32,000 bases of DNA from Cupriavidus necator (GCF_016127575.1 NZ_CP066019.1:2190001-2222000), one strand, 5' to 3'; positions 1-9,368 are shown, numbered from the stretch's first letter. The notes: generated by a model from the letters alone, not told the origin. Numbers and translations are program-made.

Positions 1-119
1 GAAATCGTGCGGCGCTCGGGGGCCAAGGCAGACCAGTAGCGCACGGCGGTTGCCGCAGGACTGGCCGATGCCGGGTGTCGGCCAGACGCGCAGTTGGCCA
101 ATCTTTCAGATTGCTGCGA

Positions 120-530
120 TCAATTTCCGGTCGGAACCGTCCAGTCCTCCACCACCAGGCCAGGGACGCGCCGGAATGCCTGGTCATTGGTCACCAGCAC
201 CGCGCCAGTCTCCAGCGCGTGCGCGGCGATCAGCAGGTTCAGTGCCCCCACCGGCTGTCCTTGGGATTCCAGCGCAGCGCGGGTTTCACCATAGCCGGCC
301 ATCACTGAAGGGGTCCAGGGCAATACCTCGACCCTGCGCAGCAACTCGTCGACCGCGCGCGCGAGGCGCGCTGCGCCGGGACGCTTGGCCAGCCCGTACA
401 TCAGTTCCGCACCGGTGATGGCTGACAGGCACAGCGCCACCATCGGCGCTGCCGTCACGCGTGCCACGACTGCCGGATGTGCCCGCAACAGAAGGCTCAC
501 GATATTGGTGTCGAGCATGTAGCGCGTCAT
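120..530 (-). CDS. vapC: Type II toxin VapC, PIN-domain ribonuclease
   Basis: The 136-codon frame begins [12 protein letters not shown], the PIN N-terminal acidic motif. It continues with [19 protein letters not shown] and LVTNDQAF, all typical of VapC. The ATG at 528-530 overlaps the upstream antitoxin stop as ATGA. The longer 171-aa ORF (to 635) is Arg/Gly-rich upstream and was not used. Confidence 0.9.
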   Translation of the reverse strand: MTRYMLDTNIVSLLLRAHPAVVARVTAAPMVALCLSAITGAELMYGLAKRPGAARLARAVDELLRRVEVLPWTPSVMAGYGETRAALESQGQPVGALNLLIAAHALETGAVLVTNDQAFRRVPGLVVEDWTVPTGN

Positions 531-778
531 TCGAGACCCGCCAGCGGATCCCTGGCTTGCTCGCCCTGCGCGCGGTCGGCCATAAAGTCTTCCGGCACGG
601 CGCTGTCCTTGATGGCAGCCAAAAAGCCGTCCCAACTCTCCGGCCGGCGCGACAGGATCACGTCACCGGTGGACGGGTCACGGCGAATATATACCTCGCG
701 CTCGGCGAAGCGGAATTCCTGCGGCAGCCGTACCGCCTGGCTGCGGCCGGTGGTGAAGATCTTGGCAGTGGTGCTCAC
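527..778 (-). CDS. vapB: Type II antitoxin VapB, AbrB/SpoVT-like swapped-hairpin DNA-binding domain
   Basis: These are the last 83 codons of the 527..2431 minus-strand ORF: (V)[42 protein letters not shown]. That is the classic AbrB/MazE-type antitoxin N-terminus. The GTG start at 776-778 is preceded by AAAGGAAAT. There is a 4-nt overlap with vapC. Confidence 0.8.
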   Translation of the reverse strand: MSTTAKIFTTGRSQAVRLPQEFRFAEREVYIRRDPSTGDVILSRRPESWDGFLAAIKDSAVPEDFMADRAQGEQARDPLAGLE

Positions 779-790
779 GATATTTCCTTT

Positions 791-852
791 GATAGATACC
801 AAAAGATATACCGTCATGCGATGGATATCAAGATAGCTACCACTAGCTGTAT
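791..852. promoter_or_regulatory. Candidate vapBC operator/promoter region with iterated GATA-N-TACC motifs
   Basis: Just upstream of the vapB start I read GATAGATACC (791-800), GATATACC (805-812) and GATAGCTACC (832-841). There is also an AGCTA-ccac-TAGCT inverted repeat at 835-848. VapB-type antitoxins normally autoregulate through such repeats. Confidence 0.35.
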
Positions 853-1058
853 CTGTGGGATGTCTAACGAGATGGGACGAAAAATGCGCTAAGCAACACC
901 TACGTCCCAGCAATGCTTCGTCCCTTGTTTTGCTCTGCGGCGCACCGCAACCGTGCACCCATGCGCCCGGATTGAGCACGGGCTCCCCCTCATTTCCCCA
1001 GCGCCCATTCAAAGCTACGGGTTTTCGCTCGTTGAACGTTGGCATGTCTGTTGCATAG

Positions 1059-1077
1059 TATTCAAGTGACTTGAATA
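1059..1077. promoter_or_regulatory. Perfect 8-3-8 palindrome TATTCAAG-tga-CTTGAATA upstream of the ABC/amidase operon (candidate operator)
   Basis: Read directly: 1059-1066 TATTCAAG, spacer tga, 1070-1077 CTTGAATA, which is the exact reverse complement. It lies about 100-135 bp upstream of the possible starts of the binding-protein gene, in an AT-richer patch. Confidence 0.4.
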
Positions 1078-1174
1078 TGGTGCAGGCAGCTTTCCAAGAG
1101 CTTTCCCGGGCGTCCACACGCGCCTTGCATCGGTTCGGGTCGGTGACGCCGCGCAGCGGTCCGTCCAATTGTCC

Positions 1175-2371
1175 ATGCAACCCAGGGGGAAGAGAGTGCG
1201 CAAGAAACACACTGCAGTAGCCGCCGCCATCGCAGCCGCAGCGACCGGAATGGTCCTGACGGCAGCACCGGCGCAGGCCAAGGATGTCGTCAAGATTGCC
1301 TTTGTCGGTCCGCTGACCGGTGGCGTGTCGTCGATCGGCCTGGGCGGACGCAATTCCGCGGACCTGGCCGTGCGCTTGCGCAATGCGGACCCGAAGGCCA
1401 GGTACACCTATGAACTGGTGGTGCAGGACGACGAGTGCCGGCCGAACGTCGGCGTGCAGGTGGCGACCAAGATCGCGGCGGACAAGTCCATCGTTGCCGG
1501 CGTGACGCACTTCTGCTCTGCCGTGGCCATGGGCACAGTGGGCGTCTACAGCCGCTTCGGCATGCCCGCCGTGGTGTGGGGCGCCGTGCTGCCCGAGGTC
1601 ACCTATGGCAACAAGTTCAAGGAGATCCATCGCGTCAACGGCACGATGATCAACCAGAGCGAAGTGGCGGCCAAATTCATGACCGGGCTGGGCTACAAGA
1701 AGTGGGCGATCATCCATGACACCACCGACTACGGCAAGGGCCACAACAAGTATTTCAGCGAGTTCCTGAAGAAGGACGGCGGCACCATCGTCGGCACGTT
1801 CGGCGTGACAGCCGATCAGCAAGATTTCACCACGGAGCTGACCAAGATCCGCGAACTGAAGCCCGACGTGGTGTATTTTGGCGGCCTCACGCCGCTGGGC
1901 GTGCGCATCCGCACGCAGATGGACAAGCTCGGCATCAAGGCTCAGTTCGAGGGCACGTCGGGCATCAAGTCCGATGCCTATATCGAAGGCGTGGGCAAAT
2001 CGCTGTCGGAGGGTTCGCTGGCGTTCATCGAAGGCGCGCCGGTAGAGAAGCTGGCGGGCGGCCAGTTCTTCATGGAACGCTACACGCAGCAGAAATACGG
2101 TGAACCGCCGGAAGCGTACGGCCCGTTTGCGTTTGCCGCGGCCAACCTGATCATCGACGCCGTGGAAAAGGTGGGCCCGGACCGCAAGAAGGTGCGTGAT
2201 GTGCTGAACGGCACCAGGGACGTGAACACCATCATCGGCAAGGTCACCTTCGACGACCACGGCCAGAACGTGGTGCCGCTGATCACCAAGTATGTGGTGG
2301 AAGACGGCAAGTGGGTGATCTGGGAAGACAGCACCTACGGCAAGGGCAAGAAGAAGCTGACCGGCCTGTAA
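1175..2371 (+). CDS. ABC transporter periplasmic substrate-binding protein, type I PBP (LivK/AmiC-like, HAAT family)
   Basis: The signal peptide ([27 protein letters not shown]|KD) is followed by [12 protein letters not shown]..., typical of Leu/Ile/Val/amide-binding proteins. The start is ambiguous: TTG 1169, ATG 1175, or GTG 1196 preceded by AGGGGGA. It is the first gene of an operon with the permease and ATPase genes. Confidence 0.9.
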   Translation: MQPRGKRVRKKHTAVAAAIAAAATGMVLTAAPAQAKDVVKIAFVGPLTGGVSSIGLGGRNSADLAVRLRNADPKARYTYELVVQDDECRPNVGVQVATKIAADKSIVAGVTHFCSAVAMGTVGVYSRFGMPAVVWGAVLPEVTYGNKFKEIHRVNGTMINQSEVAAKFMTGLGYKKWAIIHDTTDYGKGHNKYFSEFLKKDGGTIVGTFGVTADQQDFTTELTKIRELKPDVVYFGGLTPLGVRIRTQMDKLGIKAQFEGTSGIKSDAYIEGVGKSLSEGSLAFIEGAPVEKLAGGQFFMERYTQQKYGEPPEAYGPFAFAAANLIIDAVEKVGPDRKKVRDVLNGTRDVNTIIGKVTFDDHGQNVVPLITKYVVEDGKWVIWEDSTYGKGKKKLTGL

Positions 2372-2451
2372 GCATGGCGGCCGGGTTCGGGGCAATCCTG
2401 CCCCCGCCCGGCCCCGCGCCCGCCTGGGCATCCGGAATTCGGGGGATACCG

Positions 2452-3381
2452 ATGAGTGTATTAGGGCAGTACGTCTTTAACGGGCTGATGCTCGGGATGA
2501 TCTACGCAATGGTGGCGGTAGGCTTCACGCTGTTCTTCGGCGTGCTCGACGTGATCAAGTTTTCTCATGGCGATGTGCTGATGGTGGGTGCGTTTGCCGG
2601 GCTGGCGGCATCAGCCGGCGTGGTGGCGATGCATGTGGATTCCCCGTGGCTGCAGCTGCTGGCCATCGTGGTGTGCGCGGTGACGGTGACCGGCCTGCTG
2701 GGCGCCGGCATCGCCCGCGTCCTGATCCTGCCGCTGCGCCGTGCGCCGCCGCTGAACACATTGCTGGCCACGCTGATGCTGGGCACGGTGCTGCGTGAGG
2801 CGGTCCGGCTGTTCTACCCGGACGGCTCGAACCCGAAGCCATTTCCCGCGCTGCTGCCCGCTGGCGAGTTCACCATCGGCGCGCTCTCCATCCGCGCGGA
2901 CAACCTGATCCTGCTGGCCGCCGGCGTGGCCATCATCCTCGGCGTGCATCTGCTGATCACCCGCACGCGCTTTGGCATGGCCATTCGTGCCGTGGCCCAG
3001 GATGGCGAAACGGCCCGGCTGATGGGCATCAACTTCGAGGTGGTGGTACTGGTCACGTTTGCGCTGGGGTCCGCCATGGCGGCACTGGCGGGCGTGATGA
3101 ACGGCCTCTACTACAACGAGATCAACTTCAACGTCGGGCTGCTGTTGGGGGTGATCGGCTTTGCCGCTGCCATCCTTGGCGGGCTAGGCAATATCTACGG
3201 CGCCATCCTCGGCGGCTTCCTGTTTGCGGCGCTGCAGGTACTGGGCAGTGCCATGCTGCCGGCCCTGGTGCCCGACATCCCGAGCGCCTACAAGGACGTA
3301 TTCGCCTTTGCCGTGGTCATCGTGCTGATGGCCTGGAAGCCGACCGGACTCATCGCGGAGAAAGCCAGTGAACGTGTCTGA
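2452..3381 (+). CDS. Branched-chain amino acid/amide ABC transporter permease, LivH-like
   Basis: The frame starts [41 protein letters not shown], the canonical LivH N-terminus. The ATG at 2452 follows GGGGGATACCG. The protein is multi-pass hydrophobic. The upstream part of ORF 2311.. overlaps the binding-protein gene and was discarded. Confidence 0.9.
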   Translation: MSVLGQYVFNGLMLGMIYAMVAVGFTLFFGVLDVIKFSHGDVLMVGAFAGLAASAGVVAMHVDSPWLQLLAIVVCAVTVTGLLGAGIARVLILPLRRAPPLNTLLATLMLGTVLREAVRLFYPDGSNPKPFPALLPAGEFTIGALSIRADNLILLAAGVAIILGVHLLITRTRFGMAIRAVAQDGETARLMGINFEVVVLVTFALGSAMAALAGVMNGLYYNEINFNVGLLLGVIGFAAAILGGLGNIYGAILGGFLFAALQVLGSAMLPALVPDIPSAYKDVFAFAVVIVLMAWKPTGLIAEKASERV

Positions 3382-4579
3382 CAACGTCTCGAAGCCGCTG
3401 CCGGCGGCCTCCGCCGCCACGGCCGAGGGCCCGCAGCGGCGCCCGGCCATGGTGCTGGCCATCTCGGCCATCGCCCTGGTGGCCTATCTCTACTTCTTCC
3501 TGCATGCGGAATCGCAACTGGCGGTAGCCGTGCTGCTGGCGCTGGCCGGGGCCGCGGTGTTCGCGGCGGGCCGGCTGGGCCTGACGCAGGCCGTGGAGCA
3601 GGCAGCATCGCGGCGGCCAGGGCAGTCCAGGCTATGGACGCTGGCCGGCACGCTGGCGCTGGTCGCGCTGTTCCACGAGAGCCATTTCGTCCTGCTGATG
3701 CTGTGTGCCGTGCTGCTTTACACCACCGCCTGCCTGGGGCTGACAGTCCAGTTCGGGTTTTCCGGCGTGTCCAATTTCGCGGGCGCGGCGTTCTTTGGCA
3801 TCGGCGCCTACACCACGGCCGTGCTGGCCACGCACACGGGCATTCCTCACGTGCTGGTGATCGTGCTGTCTGGCCTGGCAGCGGCCGTGATCGGCTCGGT
3901 GCTGGTTGCGCCCGTGCTGCGCACGCGCGGCCACTATGCGGCGCTGGTGACCATCGCGTTCGGCATCCTGTTCAAGACCTTCCTTGAGGTCAACGACGTG
4001 CTGGGCGGGCCGCAGGGCCTGCAGGTGCCCGGGATGACGCTGTTCGGCTTCGCGTTCAATGAGAGCGTGACACTGTTCGGCGTGGACGTGTCGTTCTACG
4101 CCAGCTATGCGCTGCTGAGCCTGCTGATCTGTGCGGGCACGTTTGCCGTGGTCAAGGCGCTGGAGCGCTCGTGGGTAGGCCTGGCGATGGACGTGGTGCG
4201 CACCGACGAGACCGCCGCCGCCGCGTTCGGCCTGCACATCGCCCGGTGGAAGGTGATTGCGTTCATGCTCGGCAACTTCTTTGCCGGCATCGCCGGCAGT
4301 GTCTACGGCATGGTCACTGCGTTCGTGGCGCCCAACAACTTCACCTTCGCCGACTCGCTGCTGATGCTGTCGATCGTGATCCTGGGCGGCCTCGGCAACG
4401 TGGTGGGCCTGGTGCCGGCGGCCATTATCGTGCTGGTGCTGCCCGAAAAGCTGCAGTTCATCCAGGAATACCGCTTCCTGTTCTACGCGGCGCTGGTGAT
4501 CGCCATCCTGCTGTTCCGCCCGGACGGCCTGATGCCGCGCAAGACCCGCCTGTTCTTTCCCCGGGAGGATGCGCAATGA
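3368..4579 (+). CDS. Branched-chain amino acid/amide ABC transporter permease, LivM-like
   Basis: The 403-aa polytopic protein contains LGLTVQFGFSGVSNFAGAAFFGIGAYT and ILGGLGNVVG motifs of LivM. The GTG start at 3368 follows GGAGA and overlaps the LivH-like stop by 14 nt. Confidence 0.88.
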   Translation: MNVSDNVSKPLPAASAATAEGPQRRPAMVLAISAIALVAYLYFFLHAESQLAVAVLLALAGAAVFAAGRLGLTQAVEQAASRRPGQSRLWTLAGTLALVALFHESHFVLLMLCAVLLYTTACLGLTVQFGFSGVSNFAGAAFFGIGAYTTAVLATHTGIPHVLVIVLSGLAAAVIGSVLVAPVLRTRGHYAALVTIAFGILFKTFLEVNDVLGGPQGLQVPGMTLFGFAFNESVTLFGVDVSFYASYALLSLLICAGTFAVVKALERSWVGLAMDVVRTDETAAAAFGLHIARWKVIAFMLGNFFAGIAGSVYGMVTAFVAPNNFTFADSLLMLSIVILGGLGNVVGLVPAAIIVLVLPEKLQFIQEYRFLFYAALVIAILLFRPDGLMPRKTRLFFPREDAQ

Positions 4580-5358
4580 GCGACGCAATGATCCAGGTGC
4601 GCGACCTGACCATGCGCTTTGGCGGCCTGACCGCGCTGGACAACCTCCAGCTCGAGATCCGCCGTGGCGAGATCCTGGGCCTGCTGGGCCCCAACGGCTC
4701 CGGCAAGACCACGTTCTTCAACGTGCTGACGGGGCTGTACAAGGCAAGCGCCGGAACCATTACCTATGACGGCAACAACGTCATCGGCAAGACGCCACAG
4801 CAGATCTACCGCAGCGGCGTGGCGCGGACGTTCCAGCGTTCGCGCTTGTCGCTGCCGCTGACGGTGTTCGACAACATCGTGATCGGCGATTACCAGAACA
4901 TGCGTCACGGGCTGGTCTTCAACCTGTTCCGGCGCAAGGCGTTCCGCGCCGAGTACGAACGCTACGTGGAGTCGGTGCGCGAGCTGCTGGGCATCTTCAG
5001 CCCGCCACTGGTGGCGCGGCTGTTCGAGCCGGTGGAAACGTTCACGATGATCGACCGCCGCCGCATCGAGGTGTGCCGGGCCCTGATGAGCCGCCCTCGC
5101 CTGCTGCTGCTCGACGAGCCTTCGGCGGGCATGACGCATGACGAGACCCATGAACTGATGGACGACATCCTGCAGGTGCGCGGCAAGCTGCAGGACCTGT
5201 CGGTGGTGCTGATCGAGCACGAAATGAACGTGATCGAGCGCATCACCGACCGCTGCATCGTGCTGAACTACGGCAAGAAGATTGCCGAGGGAACCTACGC
5301 CGAGATTACCGCCGATCCCGACGTGCAGACCGCCTATCTGGGGGAGGAAGCCGCATGA
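4576..5358 (+). CDS. ABC transporter ATP-binding protein, LivG-like, with a degenerate signature motif
   Basis: The frame begins MSDAMIQVRDLTMRFGGLTALD. It has Walker A GPNGSGKTT, Walker B LLLLDEP and an H-loop IEHEM. The ATG overlaps the permease stop as ATGA. The signature position reads FTMIDRRR rather than LxYGxQRR. Confidence 0.9.
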   Translation: MSDAMIQVRDLTMRFGGLTALDNLQLEIRRGEILGLLGPNGSGKTTFFNVLTGLYKASAGTITYDGNNVIGKTPQQIYRSGVARTFQRSRLSLPLTVFDNIVIGDYQNMRHGLVFNLFRRKAFRAEYERYVESVRELLGIFSPPLVARLFEPVETFTMIDRRRIEVCRALMSRPRLLLLDEPSAGMTHDETHELMDDILQVRGKLQDLSVVLIEHEMNVIERITDRCIVLNYGKKIAEGTYAEITADPDVQTAYLGEEAA

Positions 5359-6068
5359 GCGACAGCACACTGCGCGTGGAAGGGCTGACCACGGGCTACG
5401 ACAGGGTCAACGTCCTGCACGATGTCTCGATCGAGGTGCCGCCGGGCAAGATCACATGCATCCTTGGCGCCAACGGCGCCGGCAAGAGCACGCTGATCCG
5501 TTCGATCCTGGGCCTGACACCGCCGCGCCAGGGACGCATCCTGTGGGACGGCACGGACATCGCGGGCGAGAAGACCCACAACATCATCGCACGCGGCATC
5601 TCCTGCATTCCCGAAGGCCGCAAGGTGTTCCCGCGCATGACGGTGGCCGAAAACCTTGCGCTGGGCGCATTCCTTGAGGCGGACCCGGCCAGGGTGCGCG
5701 AGCGCATCGAGCGCGTGTACACGATCTTCCCCCGGCTGCGCGAGCGCGCGGGCCAGCTCGCCGGCACCATGTCCGGCGGCGAACAGGCGATGGTGTCGAT
5801 CGGGCGCGGACTGATGGCGCAGCCGCGGCTGCTGGTCATCGACGAGCCGTCGCTGGGCCTGTCGCCGCTCTATGTGAAGGAAAACTTCAAGGTCATCCAG
5901 CAGATCAACGAACTGGGCATGACGGTGCTGCTGGTGGAACAGAACGCGCGCCAGACGCTGGCCATCTCACACCAGGGCTATGTGCTGACCCAGGGCCGTG
6001 TCGTGGCCCAGGGCACCGCGCAGGCGCTGCGCGAGAACGATGAGGTTCGCGCAGCCTATTTCGGCTGA
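5355..6068 (+). CDS. ABC transporter ATP-binding protein, LivF-like
   Basis: The 237-aa protein has Walker [10 protein letters not shown], signature MSGGEQAM and Walker B LLVIDEPSLGL. Its ATG overlaps the LivG-like stop as ATGA. Confidence 0.92.
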   Translation: MSDSTLRVEGLTTGYDRVNVLHDVSIEVPPGKITCILGANGAGKSTLIRSILGLTPPRQGRILWDGTDIAGEKTHNIIARGISCIPEGRKVFPRMTVAENLALGAFLEADPARVRERIERVYTIFPRLRERAGQLAGTMSGGEQAMVSIGRGLMAQPRLLVIDEPSLGLSPLYVKENFKVIQQINELGMTVLLVEQNARQTLAISHQGYVLTQGRVVAQGTAQALRENDEVRAAYFG

Positions 6069-6083
6069 TCCGGAGAACATGCG

Positions 6084-7388
6084 ATGGACGACTTCCTCGA
6101 TCTTCCGGTCCGCACGCTGGCGGCGATGGTGTCGCGGCGCGAACTGAGCGCCGAAGCGGTGGTCCGTGCGGCACTGGCCCGCATTGCGGCGCAAGACGCA
6201 GGCATTCTGGCCTGGCAGCACGTGGGTGGCGACACCGCCGTGGCGCAGGCGCGGCGGCTGGATGCCGGCGGCGCGTCAGGCGCGTTGCCGGGCGTCCCGC
6301 TTGGCGCCAAGGACCTGATGGATACAGCCGACATGCCGACCACTTATGGTTCGCCGATATACGCCGGACATCGGCCGGGCGTGGATGCGGCGGCGGTGGC
6401 ACTGGCCCGATCGGCGGGCGCGGTCGTGGTCGGCAAGACCGTCACCACCGAATTCGCCACGTTTCAGCCGGGGCCGACCCGCAACCCGCGCGCGCCGGCG
6501 GACAGGCCCCGCACCCCCGGCGGCTCGTCGAGCGGATCGGCCGCCGCCGTCGCCGCAGGCATGGTGCCGCTGGCCTTCGGCACACAGACCGCGGGATCGA
6601 TTGTGCGGCCGGCCGCCTATTGCGGCGTGGTGGGCTACAAGCCCACGCATGGCACACTGCCGCTGGCCGGTATCAAGCCGCTGGCACCAAGCCTGGATAC
6701 GGTGGGCGTGCTGGCCCGCCGCGTGGACGACGCGGCCTTCTTCATCGGCACCCTGGCGCGCGATGCCGCGCTAGCGGACGCGTCGACGCTACGCCACGCG
6801 CCGCTGCGCATCGGCATTTGCCGCACGCCGCATTGGGAACGTGCTGGTGCCGATACACAAGCCGCACTGGACACCGCGATCCGTGCGCTCGAACGCATCG
6901 GTGGCACGGTGCGCGACTTCAACCTGCCGCAGGCTTGCCACGGGCTGACTGAAGCCCAACTGGACATCATGGCATTCGAGGCACTCGCCGCATTCGCGCC
7001 GGAAGCACGCGAGCACGCAGAAGACTTCAGCGCGGCTTTCGCGCGCCAGCTCGAAGCGGGCCGCGCCGTCACCGGCCAGCGCTTCCATGTCGCGCTGGCA
7101 TACGCGGAAGCGGCCCGCACGGCGTTCAACACGGCGATGGCAGGATTCGACGTCGTGCTGGCCCCGAGCGCCGAAGGCGAAGCGCCTGCTGGCCTTGGCG
7201 CCACCGGCGATCCGATTTTCTGCCGCATGTGGTCGCTGCTGGGCACCCCATGCGTCCATGTGCCGACGGGCACCGGCGCCACCGGCATGCCGGTTGGCGT
7301 GACCGTGACGGGGCCGCGCCATGCCGATGCCCGCGTGCTCGGCATGGCTCATCGCCTTGAGCAGGCGCTTGGCGCCAGCCTTGCCTGA
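6084..7388 (+). CDS. Amidase-signature family hydrolase
   Basis: The 434-aa protein carries the amidase signature GGSSSGSAAAVAAG with the upstream PLGAKDLMD lysine. GGAGA lies 7 nt before the ATG. It starts 15 bp after the LivF-like stop, so it is probably co-transcribed. Confidence 0.88.
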   Translation: MDDFLDLPVRTLAAMVSRRELSAEAVVRAALARIAAQDAGILAWQHVGGDTAVAQARRLDAGGASGALPGVPLGAKDLMDTADMPTTYGSPIYAGHRPGVDAAAVALARSAGAVVVGKTVTTEFATFQPGPTRNPRAPADRPRTPGGSSSGSAAAVAAGMVPLAFGTQTAGSIVRPAAYCGVVGYKPTHGTLPLAGIKPLAPSLDTVGVLARRVDDAAFFIGTLARDAALADASTLRHAPLRIGICRTPHWERAGADTQAALDTAIRALERIGGTVRDFNLPQACHGLTEAQLDIMAFEALAAFAPEAREHAEDFSAAFARQLEAGRAVTGQRFHVALAYAEAARTAFNTAMAGFDVVLAPSAEGEAPAGLGATGDPIFCRMWSLLGTPCVHVPTGTGATGMPVGVTVTGPRHADARVLGMAHRLEQALGASLA

Positions 7389-7403
7389 TATCTGGAGACC
7401 AAA

Positions 7404-8720
7404 TTGACCGTATCGAACCCGCCCCCCCTCGCCAACGCACAAGCCATTGCCGAACGCGCACAGGATCATGTGGGCGCCGGGCGCCTGGCCGCATCGCTGG
7501 CAGCCCTGGCCAGCTTTGGCCTGCGCCACGACGGCGGCGTTTCCCGCGAAACACTGACCGCGACCGACCTGGCCGCCCGGCGCCACCTGATCGACCAGGC
7601 ACGCGCGCTGGGCTGCACCGTCGGCATCGACGATTGCGGCAACCTGTTCTTCCGCCGCCCCGGCCGCGAAGACCTGCCGCCGGTGCTGACCGGCAGCCAC
7701 GCCGATACCCAGCCGGTGGGCGGCAAGTACGACGGCGCGTACGGCGTGCTGGCCGGCCTGGAAGTGATTGCCGCGCTCAACGCGGCCGGCATCGAGACCT
7801 TGCGCCCCATCGAGGTCGTGTCCTGGACCAACGAGGAAGGCAGCCGCTTCGGTCCCGGCGCGATGGGGTCGAGCGCTTTCGTCGAACCCGCCCGGCTGGC
7901 AGGCTATCGCGACGTGGCTGACGCCGCCGGCATTCGCTTCGGCGAGGCGCTCGATGCCGCGCTCGCGGAAAGCCACGATGTCACCAGAGTGCCGATGGCG
8001 CGGCCCATGGCGGCATGCGTCGAACTGCACATCGAACAGGGGCCGGTGCTGGAAGGCGCAAATGTGCCGCTGGGCGTGGTCACCGGCATCCAGGCGGTGC
8101 GCTGGTTCCGCGTGGAATGCACGGGTACGATGGCCCATGCCGGCACCACGCCGATGGCGGTACGATGCGATGCGATGGCCGCGGCCGTGGCCATCGCGCA
8201 AGACCTGTACGCGCTGGCGCCGCGCCATGCGGCCACCCCCGGCACTCCTGAACTGCGCCTGACGCTGGGCCGCTGGAGCGTGGCGCCGAACTCGGTCAAC
8301 ACCATTCCCGGCCACGTCACGTTCACGGTCGATATGCGCTGCCTGGACGACGCCGCGCTTGACCGCGCCGAAGCGGCACTGCGCGCGGTGTGCGTCAGGC
8401 ACGCACATGCGCCCGAAGCGGTCACGGTCACGCGCTTCTTCCATCGCGAGCCGACGCATTTCCCCGAGGCCATGCTGGGCACCATCGAGCGCGCCTGCGC
8501 GCGTGCCAGCCGCAACGCCGGCCGCGCGCTGCCGGTGCGGCTGACCTCCGGCGCGTTCCACGACGCCATGTACCTGGCCGACCATTGCCCCACGGCGATG
8601 ATCTTCGTGCCAAGCAAAGGGGGCATCAGCCACAATGCCGCCGAAGATACGGAAGGCGCCGATCTGTTCCTTGGAGCCCAGGCACTGGCTTACACTGTCG
8701 CCGAACTGGCCAGCCGCTGA
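7404..8720 (+). CDS. M20-family Zn-dependent amidohydrolase (N-carbamoyl-L-amino-acid hydrolase / allantoate amidohydrolase-like)
   Basis: The 438-aa protein has GSHADTQPVGGKYDGAYGVLAGLEVI, WTNEEGSRFGP and ELHIEQGPVLE motifs characteristic of the hydantoinase/carbamoylase amidase family. The TTG start at 7404 follows TGGAGA. It lies 15 bp after the amidase stop. Confidence 0.85.
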   Translation: MTVSNPPPLANAQAIAERAQDHVGAGRLAASLAALASFGLRHDGGVSRETLTATDLAARRHLIDQARALGCTVGIDDCGNLFFRRPGREDLPPVLTGSHADTQPVGGKYDGAYGVLAGLEVIAALNAAGIETLRPIEVVSWTNEEGSRFGPGAMGSSAFVEPARLAGYRDVADAAGIRFGEALDAALAESHDVTRVPMARPMAACVELHIEQGPVLEGANVPLGVVTGIQAVRWFRVECTGTMAHAGTTPMAVRCDAMAAAVAIAQDLYALAPRHAATPGTPELRLTLGRWSVAPNSVNTIPGHVTFTVDMRCLDDAALDRAEAALRAVCVRHAHAPEAVTVTRFFHREPTHFPEAMLGTIERACARASRNAGRALPVRLTSGAFHDAMYLADHCPTAMIFVPSKGGISHNAAEDTEGADLFLGAQALAYTVAELASR

Positions 8721-8777
8721 ACGCATTGACGTACGGCGCCTGGTGGCCGACCCAAGTCCAACCAATTCCGAGCCTGC

Positions 8778-9368
8778 ATGGCAAAGACCGAGCAACCCAC
8801 ACCTGAAGCGGCCGACAGCAAGTCGGCCACCCTGACGCTTGGCGTCAAGCTGCGCCACGCCCGGCTGGTGGCCGGCTACACGCTGCTGCAGCTCGCCGGA
8901 AAGGCGGGTTGCTCGGAAAGCCTGATTTCAAAGATTGAGCGCGGGCTGGCAACCCCGTCGTTTACCACGCTGCACCGGCTGGCCGTGGCGCTGGACACCA
9001 ATATCGGCGCGCTGACCAGCGACGAGGAGCCAAACCAGTCACCGATCCTGCGGCATGGTGAACGCCCGGTGATCCGGGCCGGCGGCGTGGCGCTCGAACG
9101 CGTGGTGCTGCCCAAGCGTGGCGGCCTGCTGCAGGCCAACATCCACATCGTCTGGCCCGGCGAGGCCAGCGACGGGCAGATCGAGCACCAGGGCGAGGAA
9201 GTTGGCTACGTGCTCGAAGGGCAGCTCGAACTGATGCTCGGCGACGACGTCTACCTGATCGGCCCGGGCGATGCTTTCACGTTCTCCAGCCAGGTGCCGC
9301 ATGGCTACCGCAATGTGGGCGACGTGGTGGCCAGGGTGCTGTGGGTGAATTCGCCCGCCACCTTCTGA
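8778..9368 (+). CDS. XRE-family HTH transcriptional regulator with C-terminal cupin domain
   Basis: The N-terminus (LGVKLRHARLVAGYTLLQLAGKAGCSESLISKIERG) is an HTH_3 motif. The C-terminus (GEEVGYVLEGQLELMLGDDVYLIGPGDAFTFSSQVPHGYRNVG) is a cupin_2 beta-barrel motif. Confidence 0.88.
   Translation: MAKTEQPTPEAADSKSATLTLGVKLRHARLVAGYTLLQLAGKAGCSESLISKIERGLATPSFTTLHRLAVALDTNIGALTSDEEPNQSPILRHGERPVIRAGGVALERVVLPKRGGLLQANIHIVWPGEASDGQIEHQGEEVGYVLEGQLELMLGDDVYLIGPGDAFTFSSQVPHGYRNVGDVVARVLWVNSPATF

Noticed and set aside
1-39. Possible 3' end of a plus-strand gene (EIVRRSGAKADQ*) at the window edge
   Set aside because: Only 12 codons are visible, which is not enough evidence for any call.
527-2431. 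634-aa minus-strand ORF spanning the vapB region and the whole binding-protein gene
   Set aside because: Only its last 83 codons (VapB) look like a protein. The rest is Arg/Ala/His/Gly-rich and exactly antisense to a well-supported binding-protein gene, so it is a typical high-GC shadow ORF.
3632-5370. Minus-strand ORFs of 318 and 295 aa (3632..4588, 4483..5370), plus plus-strand ORF 4171..5358 upstream of position 4576
   Set aside because: The minus-strand ORFs are antisense to the LivM-like and LivG-like genes and have Arg/His/Gln/Asp low-complexity composition. The real LivG-like start is the ATG at 4576, which overlaps the permease stop.
6789-8858. 689-aa minus-strand ORF
   Set aside because: It is antisense to the amidase and M20 hydrolase genes. 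Its composition is dominated by Arg/Ala/Gly/His and I see no recognisable motifs. It is a shadow ORF.
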